From NCBI GenBank assembly GCA_030141605.1, contig JAQGDQ010000085.1, positions 186,001-250,000 of the forward strand: a DNA stretch of 64,000 bases. Reading direction: 5' to 3'. Positions 38,301 through 51,800 of the stretch are shown here, in pieces (positions within the stretch are counted from its first letter, which is position 1; each line of letters opens with the position of its first letter). A program made the translations under genes and the position numbers. A model generated the notes under the pieces. That model did no database searches. It had not been told where the DNA came from and saw only the letters and a program-made list of their open reading frames with translations. Source of the stretch: Tubiluchus corallicola (lineage: Eukaryota; Animalia; Priapulida).

Positions 38301-39117
38301 GCATATTCATGATCCTCTGATATTTCAATGAATAATACTAAATATGATAACATTAATTAACGTATTCCACAGTATTTTACTGAGTAGGTAGTGACCACAG
38401 TTGAAGCTCAGGCATGATAGGCATACTAGCTAGTAAAGTGTGCCGATTCATCATATCAAATACGCAATCACTTGACAAAAATGCGTGATGATTAACAAGT
38501 ATTTACAGAAGTTAATACAATGTTGATTTTTGATAATACATATGTGAGTATATAATAAACATGTGGGATATAATATATGTATAATACTAATTTTACTATC
38601 CCTAATTTATATTACATCAAATTCACTGGTACATAAATTTTCTCTTATTTCATATTGTCTAATGTTGCAAATTTTAAACAAATAATTACAGGGTTGCAAA
38701 TTAAATAAATAGCGTTTCATACGCAAATTCAGCCGTACTAATTAAAGCAATCTTTATTGACATTAAATTTTGTGCACTTAATTTCTAACTAACAGCAACA
38801 TGACTAACAGGGTGGTTACTTTCATAATTTTCAATTCTTTGCTACACTTTACGCTTTTGCCAACCAACACTGTACAAACTGAGTGCCTGAGAATCTAGGC
38901 AAAGGTTCAAAGAATTATCTCCCTTCACAAGCACTGTACCAGTACATTCGCAAGGTGGACGACCCATGTTTAAAACATGAAAATTGTTTAAATATGAAGT
39001 TTGAAACTTGCCTGCAATTAAAACTGGCAGTGGATAGCCGCTAACAGAGAGTATTAAAATTCCCAAGAAGATAAGTTCATGTGTTACAAACTGACAATTT
39101 TTAAATTCCAAGTCCAA

Positions 39118-40077
39118 CCGGTGCACAAAACTACTTCTCTAACCAGCACATCCACCATCCACGTAGCCGCAGTCAGAGATAAGCGGCCACAGCATTTTCA
39201 AGTCCGCAATTCACGAACTGCAAAACGAGAGTTCGCGGAGTCGCGGATCATTTGAAATCGTCATACTGTGAACCGCAAGATCCGCGAATAGTAAATGCAC
39301 AGAATAAATCATTATATCAAGCCTGAACTTTAAATGTCCTATCGTGAGGCCAGGCAGCGGACCAACAACAAGATCGCAGCATAATTATTCTCTCGTCTTT
39401 TAAATAAACTAGCTGGGGTCTGACGAACAGGGACACCAAATATCATGCAGATTTGCAACGCAGTGTAGACTTGCAAAAGAAATTTTCTGGCTTTTGCAGA
39501 ATAATAAAATGTCGAATCTTTCTTTTTTGGCATACCGCACAACCATCATGTCAGTCATTCTTAAGTCAAAATAATTCATCACTTCATCGCCGCATTCCAC
39601 TTCCTCACTACATCTAAAATGTTAGATAATTACACACTCATATTCAATGTTACAAAATAATTCCTTTATCAAATGTTACTAATCTTAAGACATTACAACT
39701 TGCCGATTAATGTATTACTCAGTCAAGCGCCTCGCAAAGCAGCAGAATGAGGGAAAAAGCAGCAAAATCACACCCATAGCGGTGGATAAAACAAGAGCTT
39801 TTTTACAATACAAACGTCTATGAGTCGAAGACTGTTGGCCATTATCAGTCACCAAACAGCTAAATACGCCCCATTATTAGAAAAAAGACTAAGAACGTAA
39901 TTTGACATTGCATGATTTACGAATCTCGGCTATTGGGTCTACGAACAACAGTTAAGAAATTACCTAGTTTCGCATCCGCAGGCCGCAAGCTGTCAGGTCC
40001 GCACGAAGTCCGCGAAAAATTGCGGATCCGGGTTAACGCGTCCGCGGTTCGCGGTTTGCACACTCTGCTGCGAAAGT
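39118..40077 (-). mobile_element. Decayed hAT transposon with C-terminal dimerisation-domain remnant
   Basis: 39613-39400 translates DEVMNYFDL..FDILLFCKSQKISFASLHCVA/..IFGVP/CSSDPS (hAT dimerisation pattern, frameshifted). Clusters of TCCGC/GCGGA subterminal repeats at both ends; one end CAGAGTGTGCAAAC. Left boundary approximate. Confidence 0.6.
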
Positions 40078-40527
40078 GTAAAAAGAGGAAGGACGAAATT
40101 TGTTACGTATTTCGTTTTTGCGATTAGCTGGTATGCTAGCGGCATCAGACGGCGGATGATTAAAAAATTATGAGCGGCGCATAACTGTAATAATAATATG
40201 CTTAAGTTCACAATAATAATGTTGGCATACGCGCAATTTCGATAAGCCAAAATCACTTTAATAAAAGAAGTTTTTAATAAAAGAAGAATATCTCAATTAA
40301 AAGCAATTATTAGTTTAAAAAACTGGAAACATTTCATGGAAAAGAAAAAATTGTAGCAATAAGTTTGTATTATGTACTTGCAAATACTTCTTCAGCTTTC
40401 TTGTAAGTAAAATTTTATTGTTCTTCCTGAGGAACGAGGCTAGCTGACTGCGTGATGGGCTGCCTACTATGTAAAAAAGTAATGTATTTTTTATTGATTT
40501 ATTGATTTTTCTCTCCCTCCCTCTCTT

Positions 40528-40552
40528 AGAGAGAAAGAGAGGAAGGGAGAGA

Positions 40553-40602
<50 letters not shown>

Positions 40603-40632
40603 GAGGGAGCGAGAGAGACAGAGATAGAGAGA
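40528..40632. repeat. (GA)n microsatellite / polypurine tract
   Basis: Pure GA 40561-40598 within a purine tract. Confidence 0.97.
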
Positions 40633-41994
40633 TCCTTCTTTTCCTTTTGTTGAAGGTTCTGCCATTTGTTTCTTGGTTGTTTTACTCCAATGCGAGGTAG
40701 TGAATTTGGCACATTAAAAATTGCACCCATTTACATGCCCTGCAATTAATCTATATAATTACACATATATTATATTGTAGGTTTATATACAAATAATTCG
40801 CACATGCACGCATGCACACAACAAGTAATTGCATACAGTGCTTCATATATAAATAATCAATACAGTAGTAGAGATGAGTAGGACTGAACTGCCAGCCTAG
40901 GGCGTCGTAACGTCTTGATACACCCATGCACACACACTCATATACATGCATGATGCATGCATTATTACATACAAACATTCTATGAAGCTGAACCCATATA
41001 TTTAACTGTATAAAATGATTGCCCTTGGCAGCTAGGCCTGTATAAAATCAATTAATTTAAGCCCATCAATAAATAATATTTATCAAGACTTGTCAGTGGA
41101 TTTGGCCACAGGTGTTTTATTAGTACGCTTATACAAGTACATTTTTTATACGTAAACAAACTGTATTTAATGAATATTTATTTTGACGTAAGCCTAGCTG
41201 ATCTTAAAAAATTAGGCTAAATATAAGTGACGTCTACATATGATATATAAGATGTTATGACCCGCGTGCAGATTCTAATTTATGCGCCAGGTTGGCTTCT
41301 CACCTGAATTCCGTAACTTGATTTTGACCTAGTTAGTTGGTTCTTATAGAGGTGGAAGTAATGTCGGCTGCTTAGGATGACAGTTCTGATGTTTTGTTTT
41401 GTTATTTTTTGTTCACTGATAATAAAAAAGAGGAGTAATGTCGTAAATGCACCTCCGTTTGTTCAACGTGATTTTATAACCAACTCCAACTCATAACAAA
41501 GCCAATGTTGATTATATGCTTTTTAAACATCTTTTAATTTGGAATTAACAAAACATGCAGATGCTTAGGTTAAGTTTTGTTCTGGAAAAATTATTTGCTC
41601 TTTTGAAAAAATCTATTTTAAAGTCAGGCCTAATATTTATATATCAAGTTATATTTCCTGATAAGAACATATTAAATAGGAATGTTTTTAGAAAAAATAT
41701 TTCTCCAGAAATAGAATACTAGATGAGCCAGGTATTTGCAAGATTTCTTTATGATCAACTTTCTTACCTTCTTTTGTAAATAAGCCTATTAATTTTCATG
41801 AGTTATGACTATAATAGTTTTTATTTTAACTACTAATTATTCTTAATGCCTTATGCTTGCTTTAAATAATATTCAAAAATATAACAGCTGCTGTAAGAGA
41901 GATGTAGGCCTTGCAGTCTTTGCTTAGTGAACAAAATATTTAACTTGTAACAAAAGTTACAAAACTGTGTTATAATTAACATTTTATTAATTAC

Positions 41995-42330
41995 CTTGCT
42001 GCATCCTTGGGAAATTTAAAAAGATATTTTTATATTTGTGTTTTCGCAACTCACTGCTGAGCAATTTATGAGCGCCTGTTAACCGGTCTGGCTTTGGTGG
42101 TCTCATCGATTCATCTGCTACAGTACGCACAGGTGCGCGAACAGCTTGCGCCTTAGCGTACCTGACAACAACAGGCCGTACTGCTGCGCCGCTAGGGCGA
42201 CACTAACTGCGCGAACTGAAACGCAGTATTATTCCCTACTTTCTGTGGTCCATATTCTTTGATACAATGTACAGTACCTCGTGACAGTACGTTGAGTCGC
42301 TGTGACGCCTCTTTACTCATGTTGTATGTG
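41995..42330. promoter_or_regulatory. CpG-rich putative promoter of CLCC1, possibly bidirectional with GOGAT
   Basis: Local CpG/GCGC enrichment (42070-42310) in an AT-rich background; plus-strand donor GTATGT at 42324; minus-strand donor CAAG|GTAATT at 41994. Confidence 0.5.
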
Positions 42331-42634
42331 AAATTGTGAATCCCGTGATTATTCATTTATCAAAAATAAAATTTAAGTGTGCTTGAGAAGCTTAAACTTG
42401 ACAAGTGAAACTTGAAGGGTAAAAACAAACAAATGGCAAGAAAATTATTTTCGTGATTCATAACTGACTAATTTTATTCATTTTTTATTTACACTTTTTA
42501 TAGTCTAAAGACAAGTAAAAACGCAAACAAAAGTGGGTTCACGATATTTTTCACTCGCATAATTTACTGTTTTTAATATTTTTTTTTCATTTTCTTTTGC
42601 AGAACCTTCCACATACTGACATTCAGTTTGAAAT

Positions 42635-42823
42635 ATGGAACTCACAAATGTACTTCTGAGACTGGCTTCTACGTGGCTTTTCTTTGCATTAATTCCACTG
42701 ATTGTTTCTCAGTCGGTAACTGACTTAGAAGATGATCGATCTGATTGGGTCGATCCTGGGGACATGATCAATTATGATAGTTCTAGCAAAAGCATGAAAA
42801 AGAGATACGTTCCAGTAAAAATG
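42635..42823 (+). CDS. CLCC1: CLCC1 coding exon 1
   Basis: MELTNVLL..SDWVDPGDMINYDSSSKSM; acceptor at 42602. Confidence 0.9.
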
Positions 42824-45800
42824 GTAATAATGTTGATAGGTGGTATTGTTGTACTTCAGTCAGTTTAAATAACAGGATATGCATGCAGTTGTGAAAGAAA
42901 CTGCGTGTACATGTGATGTCTTCAAGCAGTAATGTACATCATGTTTTATAGGAAATATAGAAAAGAGTTTATTAATTCTGTGTAATACAGACATCTACTA
43001 GTTTACACTGATACCTGTGCAAGTTGACTCATTTAAGAAGAATCTACTATACTTGCACTTTGTAGCATTTAGCACAGGTTGCTATGTGGGCTTACAGTTG
43101 ATTTTCATTTCCTACTGTCACATTTTTGATGGGCTTATTTAGTTCGTACTACACTGATTGAATGCAGTTAAGTTTTAGCTATAGGGTAAATTACTGATGC
43201 ATTCCATCTTAATTTAAGAGATTTGCAAGCTATTTCCTAAGGTGGAACTTAATGGATAAAAGCACACTGTTTTTCCAGAGCCAGTTAAATATTTTTGGCA
43301 AATTATTGGATGTTAGTATCATTTTAGTGACTGTGTTTAAAAGACAACTTATGATATACGGATTTACCGTTCATGATTTAAAAAAGCAGGCTTGATAAAT
43401 GTTTTTCATGTTGTGCCTTGCATGACATCGCATTGATGGGATTTACCAGGATAAATAAATAGATATAAACAATAGATTTTGTTCTTGGGGAACTTAAGTT
43501 TTATTGTAGTTATCAACAATAGCCCTTGTTTTTCTTGCATTATGAATAAGAAACTGCACCATCGCATTTGCAACAGTATGTTGTTTCTTCTTAGACTTAA
43601 ATGGTGTATAGTGTTCACAATAATTATGTGCATAATGTAATTAATGTTGACGTCAAAGATGTTTTGATTCAGGTGACTAATAATGACGTTAGAGCTGCTG
43701 ATGGTTCAAATTGTGATGGAGTAATTGGCAATTTGAACATGCAGTTGGCAGAATGCCAGCACAATTTGCAGTCATTAGAGAAAGAACCTTCTTATACCTG
43801 TGCAGCCGATTTACCTTATTTGCGGCGATATGCTCGTATTCTTCTCAAGCTGTTCTCTGATGAGCAGGTAAATGTCTACTTCTCTTCTTTTAGCAGCAAA
43901 AAATGGAGAGTACGTTCATATGAATCGTACAGCGCTGTAAGCTGCATTTGACTTTCTATAATCCAGAGATGTGCTGTCTGCCCCTCCAACATAACAAACT
44001 TGTTGTAACTGAGATGTTAAATACAGGGCCACCACCCCAAATAGAGATAAACCATTCCATTAGGACACTTTGTTCCCTCTGGGTTAACATGGGATCTGTG
44101 AATTTTGATGGATTCTGTTGCCAGTGCTTGTCAAGACAAGCCTTAAATTGCTTAATGTTTATTGCCTCATCCACAAAATAAATGTTTCATAACATTTGTT
44201 GTTGCTGTCAAGGTATGATAGTGCCACTTGCATGTTTAAGTGTAGCAGCTGTACATAGACATTGTAGTATTGCAGCAGTTTTTATTATAGATGAAAATAA
44301 CATGTGACAGCTGCAACTTGAAAATCTTTCTTTGATAATTGTATGTTATTTCAAGACATTTCGAACGTTTTATATGTGAATTTTGAATAGTTGCAAATGC
44401 TCAAGTTTGAGCCTTTAGACAATTTATTCCAAGATTTTTTTCAGGACTTTTCAGAGGATACATATTATAATGCCAAACTAAAAGTTAGCCCGGATGACTA
44501 TTATACACTAAAGAACATGGCAACATTAGTCGGTCACAATGTAGATGACACATATGAGGTAGGCCTATAGAAAATTCATAACCGATAGTAGTTCTATTAA
44601 ATTTTTATTTAGAATTTTAAAAAAAACTGCCAGACAATAATAATTTAGAAGCATGTCTAAAACTTTTTACAACTAAAACTTAAAACTATTAAGGAAATTA
44701 TATTTCAGGTTTTGCAGCGCATGATAGTGAATATTGAATCAACATCACACAGAAGGCAATCAACTGTTGAAGTGCTGGAGAAACTGTTAGGCATTAAACT
44801 TCTCGAGCTCCTCCAGGTAAAACTCTCAAGTCAAGCATTTTTTGTTAACAATCAATATTCCAGGGTTCTGTTTGCATCGTTCACAGACTGGGGGATTTTA
44901 AGCCCTGTTCCACTCAAGCAGGAACGTTTGGCCAACTTTCTAGGGCTACTCAACCATATTTAAGCACGTGGTCAAAAGTGACTATGTATTGGTAGAAGAA
45001 ATGTGGTCAAGTGACTGGTTAGCCACCTGTCCTCCTTGTATGTCAAGGCTTCATAAATAAATGCCATAACCATCCACACCCAATGCTAAACAAGTCTCTC
45101 TGCTTTCTTCTTTCAATCCGTAACTAAACATGGGCACCTTGTTTACCCATATAGGCTACATCTTAGTCAAATAAACAATCAGTCAAGTTATTTCACTCCA
45201 GCAATAGATATACACCAACATACAAGATAAATAGAAAAAACAGTATAGGAAAAAAATATTTGATAAAATCGTATTAACCAAAAAAGGAATTGCTGTACGA
45301 CGTCTTGAAGGTATGGCTTGATAATGACGTTCACGAATGAGTAAATAAAGAATGGTTAGAGTTAGTAGACATTATGGGAGTAGATAGGAAAAAATAGTAA
45401 TACAAAGGGCGTCGCTTAATAGACTCACTTTGGGACCAAAGTGTTTTGACCCAATTAACCGACTGAACCTATTAACCGATGGGTGTTGTATTACTGGTAC
45501 AGAAGTATGAGTCATCAGCTTATTATGCACTGCAAAGGTTATTAATGAATTGTGGAAACGAAGTAATGCCTAAATTTTTTCTGTGCAGTTAAAAATTGAA
45601 AAAAATATTTAAACATATTAATTTATGTAAGTGAATTAGAAATAAATTAAAAGTATACTTTTCTAGATCACACAAGTCTGTTTATTTGCAAAAGTAACAA
45701 AAATTCCTTCAAAGTCCACTCACAAAGTTTTCATAATAATAAAAACGTTGAAAATCTGTTGATGTGTGATGCACGTATTCTCGTAAAACAGTTAGCGCTT

Positions 45801-48800
45801 GACGTGCTTGAGCTCCAGTTTTTCAAACTTCTTAACCCTATGATATGCTCTTATTTGCTGTATGATGTTTACTCTTGTAAGTCACAAGGAATACTGGCTG
45901 ATTACTGTACCTGTATCTTTGACTGTTAACTAATTAAGCTTGATTTGTAACGGGAGCTTCAAAAAGAACCCGCTAGACAAGCGATTAAATGTTTAGCTCC
46001 CAGAAATTCTTGGGGAAACGGGATTAATTGCAGTGAACGAGCGGGCAAAATCACCATGCTAGCGTATTAGCGCATGATAAACCTACCTGCTTACAAACAA
46101 AATGGTACTTAACATGACTGTTCCTACATATATTATAGCGCATAAAAGTGAAATAAAGATGACATAAAAGTAGGAAAGCTCTTTGGGCACACACAAATGT
46201 CTTATTTTAAAGGGGGAATATCATGAAAATCAAGTTAAACTTATTTTATAGTTGCCTTCCGTGTGAACAACTTGGCAAAATTTTTTTAGCAGTATATTGT
46301 CTAATTAATGAGGGGAAATTGCTATGGAGCTGCACTTACGCCTCTCCCATTGAAAAAATTGAACTAGCTCAGCTCTGCTGATGACATAGCAGAGTGTACC
46401 CATGATACTGTCATACACAACTGGGCTAAAAATAAAGCTGTTATTGCTACATTACAGCATTTGACCTTGGGATGGATAGGTAGCCAGCTGATAGAAAAGA
46501 TCGTCGTTGCGCTCATTCACATGTTTTCATCAAATTCTGCAAAAGCGATATATTTTACTATCGTCGAAAGTTATAGGTCCATTATAGTATATTCTAATAG
46601 AGGTAAACAATCATTGCGCAAAAGTAGGCCTGCAGCATATTGTAAAAATTCTTGTGGCATTAATTGATAACATTGTCAGCAATACAAGCTGCAAAAGTGT
46701 GGGCCTTGCTAACAAAAGTTCTTTTCTTGTAAAACAAATCCGATAAAGTAACTTCATTCTGCTAGAAGAATTAATGAATTTGTAAACACAGAGAAACTCC
46801 CTGAAACATAATTATAATGGTAGTGTGACAGTTTTTAGTAACAGCTTCATTTTATCAGCCTTGACAAAAATATGTGGACCCCATGGACACAGAGACTATA
46901 ACATATTAGCTGTAGAATTAGTGATTAAACATTTTTAATTTTATCATGTGTCAGTCACTTAAATTAGTGAGACTTTTAATATCAACCAGAAGTTTAACTG
47001 TTGTTCATTAGCTTTTGTTTTTACATAATAACAAAATGTTGTGTTCATTTCAACACAGCAGTATTATTAAAATATTTGGATTAAATGAAATTCTTGTGGT
47101 CAGTTGGACTGAAATAAAAATTAATGATAATAATACATTTATTATTAACATATTATTATCCACTTTTACAAAATAAAAAACTAATGATATAATTTACAGT
47201 TGTCAATTTACAATGTTTTTTTCTTTAGTTAATATTCAAAATTCAGGAAGAAGAAGCATAATAAGTAAAATTTTAGCGCAAAAAATGCATTACGTAATGT
47301 AATTGTGATATTTTTATTGAAATGGATACAAATCTTGGGATGACTAAACTGCATCGATAAACTATGCAACAAATTAAAAAAGACACTACATCTGTATCTG
47401 AAACTGCATCTGACTAAGTCTGTCTGCAGTGTCAGCATAATATCTTTTACACTAGCGTTCATCATGTTCTAAACTCACATTTCAAAGCAAACAGCCGAGA
47501 AATTATCACACAGCTTGTAGGCATGAATCCAGCTTTTTTGGATTTTGCTTTCATTGCTTCAATATTTTTCTGCTGCTCATTGGAAACTAAACGTTTTTAT
47601 ATTTGGGTTTCGTATTCCGACAATTTCCGTCTGACTGCTGCATCCCGTCTAACTGCTGAATCCTAGTCGATGTAAACAAATAGTCAAACAAATGTTGTGT
47701 ACAGTCGTTCTCCTCTTGACCATTTTGCCAAGTTTCATCTGTAATACACCAATTTTCGCCAACAGAGGCGCGGGCGCAGGTCCATGCTCAATGGCAGCCT
47801 AGTCAAATGTTCGCTTTGTGTACAATTTTATCCGAACTTTTGCCAAGGATTCTCAAACATGAAATTTTCGTGTAGAATGAGGTACGTATTTGTATTCGCA
47901 ATACAATTGCGAGTTATTCAAGCTCAACTTAATTTTGGTGATATTCCCCCTTTAGGTACGTAAAGGAAAAATACTGAGTCAATTATGTGGAGTTAATTGA
48001 GTCAATTACCGACAGTTTTTATGTACATTTGAATAGAAGCGGCCCCTACCAGGCGTTTTTGAGTCAATTAAGTGATAGAGTCTATTAACCGTGAGTCTAT
48101 TAAGCGGTGCCTACTGTATTAGGGATAGGACGGAAAACAGATAGGGGGAACGACACAGTGTATGTTTTAGGTTATATAAAGTTATATTCAAAATAGTATA
48201 AATAATGGGAAGCCAGCCATTGCATAGAGAAATCAAGATTGTATTGTAAATATGAACTTAAGATAGTTCTTTTCAAGTACTTTTTGAAACTATAAGTAGT
48301 TTTGTGCATTTTTACATAAAGTATTGATAAAGTTTGTTTATTAATAACCAAATTATTAATGACTAAATTATTTTTCTGTCTCATTCAGATAATATTTCTG
48401 AATAGTAAACATTTAATGAATAAGCTGCTAAGAACAAAGTTGCTTTTCTATGTCAGTCAGATCACATCTCAGAATTTCTTTAGCGAAAATAATCAAAGTG
48501 CTCATTAAAGATAAAAAATTGTTTTTGAGCTATCTTGAAAAATTGATCGTCCTTAATTACTGTTTCAGGTTGTTTGTATCATCATCTTGCCTATTTTTGC
48601 AATGTGGATTGAGCTACACATCCCGTTGACATGCGCCCAACAACTCATCTTTTTCTTCTTGTTTCTTTTCTTAATCAGCATTCCTTGGAATTGGCTTCAT
48701 CTGTATAAGGTATTGATAGCCGTGAACTGGTTTAGTCAAACCAGAGCACTATTAATTTTGTCTAGTTTTATAGTTTTAATTTTTACTAACATTTTATATA

Positions 48801-51800
48801 TCACCCTAGGGCTATTAAACGATACAAATTTCACAATACTATAACGACACTATACAATATTTTTTTCCAATGATATAATAACGACAAACTGTTTTTAGAC
48901 GATATGATGCCATATGATAAATTATTTCGAATGATAAAAACAATACTGAAGTTAGACAATTTATGCAACAACAGAAAAAGTATCATTAATAATTAGAATT
49001 ATTTAGTTCTTCAGTGCGTTCAGTGCTGTATACTTAATAAAGTATTAAGTGCTGTATAAATGGCTGCTAATAAGTAAGCTGTGACAGATAAACATTAGTG
49101 CCATAAAAATATTTATTTGTGCGCGCTGCACATGACCGGGAAAGTGATACTAAAAATATGATGCAGTGTATTTGACATCCGTGTATCAGTATCAAAGCGT
49201 ATAAAGGGGTCTCTATGCCTTGTCAATATGATTTAGATGAAGATAGCCATTATTGCCACGCAAATAATACGACGTCTGACAAGCTTATAATTTAAATAAT
49301 TCTTTATTCATTTTGCGTTATTACTGTGAATAAATAGAAAGGAAAAGTGAAGCTAATTTATAATAAGGTAAATGGTAAGCAACAATATATCCCAAATTTG
49401 ATATGATAGCCATATTCCTAGAATAATATTGACACGATAATATCAAAAACAAATTTTTAATATCTGATACGATAATCGATAGTTATCAATATGTAATTTT
49501 ATCATTAACATCCTTACATCACCCAACTTCTAATGTTTCAGATTGCTGTATCTAAAAAACATGCAGAGATCATGAAAGTCGTTCCAAAGGATTGTATGCC
49601 CAGTGAAATGACATGGCAGAGCACGGTGAAGGATTTTTTTCAACGCCTTTTTGTAGTATCTCGTGATAAGTGTTCAGAATATCATGAAGCAGTACTAGTT
49701 GACCCATTATGGGAAGTTCCTCCAACGAAGGTGAGTTGAGCACTAACATTCGAAGGCGGCTTTGATATTGCATTTTGTGTTAAATGTTCGAATAAAGTAA
49801 CATAGGTGCAACAGATTATAATAAGTGATACCTCACTAATAACTGGCACATAAATACTAAATATTGTATAAAAGTATAACTAATAATGTAAAGTATAAAA
49901 TTTAGTAGTTAAACTGGGTGTGATAGTTATGTTTTTCAAGAAAGCAGACAAATCTAGGCTATTGAATTCTTGCTATGAGTAACAACTTGCCTATGTTTTA
50001 CAGGCTTTTGCAGTTACTATTACGAAATTATTCTTGGAACCGGCGGAACACATCGGCGTTGCCTTTAACAAGTTATTTTCCAATGCGTTGTCTGACCTTC
50101 CATTTTTTATGCAGAGCTTCGTCATTTTCATTTTGTTGATTTTCTCGTTGCTAGCCTTAATCTTAGGCTGCGGATATGCTATAAAGTAAGTCTACGAAAT
50201 TAACATCAGAACATCAAATTTGCTAAAGAAAATGCATCATCAATAGAGAACATGTATAATGACTTGTGGCATATATCCGTACAATCTTGTAATTCACACC
50301 TCTGACACAGAGTTTTTCTTCATCAGAAACTCTGCACGGTTTGTGTAAATATGAACTTTCTTAGTGATATGTTACCAGAAGCCTCTACACATACAGAAAT
50401 TTTCTGGACCTAGACTTCGGGCTTTATTTCAATGATTTAATGCAATATTTATTTATGCAAAACTCGCATTATAGTTGCCTTTGTGATTTTGCTCAAAAAG
50501 GATGTCTGAGATCGTTACAAAACCATTGCTAATTGCCTGAAATGAAATTACCTTGTTTAATATTGTGCATTGAGATATAAGAGCTGACTAATTTAGTAAT
50601 TATTAGTTAGTTTTATGATCATGATTGCCAGAATTTTTAGAAACCATTGCTGTTTATGTATAAACTAATGCTGCATAATTATTACTCATTGCGGATAATG
50701 AATTGGAGAAAGGAGGCATTGAAAAATTGTGAGCTAGTCGAAATTTGAACCCGAGACCTGGTAGCACTTCCATGCTCTACCACGTGAGCTTTCAGTCAAG
50801 ACAGAACAGCCCTAGATTTTTTTCCTGTAATTAACAATCCATCAGTCACACCTGTACGACAATAGGGGGATACTTATGTGTGAATGCTTTCCCAAATTAG
50901 CTGGCAACTATCTCTAATTAATTATGGCTGTGTTTGCCAGAATTTTTATAAACCATTTGTAACTTAGTAATTATTAGTTAGTTTTATGATCGTGATTACT
51001 CATCCAAGAAAGGTTTGATGTTGTGTGTTAATTGCTCTTATCTGATTTTTCAGATTTCCGTACTTTTTGGGTGCAATCGAACCATCTGACCGCTTCCGTA
51101 GCAGGTGGGGCAGCAGTAACAACCAACAACGTATAAGAGAAATACGTAATGAGGTGCGTCTAATGGGCCTTTTTAAACGAATTAGTGCAGGTTGCTCTTT
51201 GGCTGTTACACGGCTTACTAATTTAGATTGGATAGGATTAGATTATTGCTTTAGCGACAGAAAATGGATTTTGTTATTACAAAATGCAACAGAATGGCTT
51301 TAGTTTAGTTTTAAAATTCAGGATATTTCACAACAATCCAACGAGTTAATACAGATGATGTTGCTGGGATCACGCGACCATTTTTCTGTACTGCTTGATA
51401 TGCCAGTGTGCTTTTTGATCAATTATAAACTAGTGCGTGACTTGAATGGAATTTCTAGATTCAGCATATAACTTGTCATGATACTGGGGTTCGTCATTTC
51501 TATCAGATCTATAAAGACTGTTTGACAAAACCTCGACATACCCAAAATGTTAAGCTGTTTTTAATTGTTGAGAACAAAACCAGTTTTTATCAAAAAGAAA
51601 TAGAAAGGCTTTTTGTCACTCCCTAAGAATACAGTGATTGTATGGCAAACATTGTATGGTGATTAATCAAAAGACTCATTAAATGTGTATTGTACTTAGT
51701 GTTTTATTTTCAAAAGGGAAATCTAGAGAATTTCGTTTCCTAGGACCTAGGGCCTCACTGTAGAGATTCGAACTGAAAAGGTTTTGGATGATAATGCACA

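Noticed and set aside
40315-40730. 116-aa and 79-aa ORFs with SLSLSL runs
   Set aside because: Translation of the (GA)n tract.
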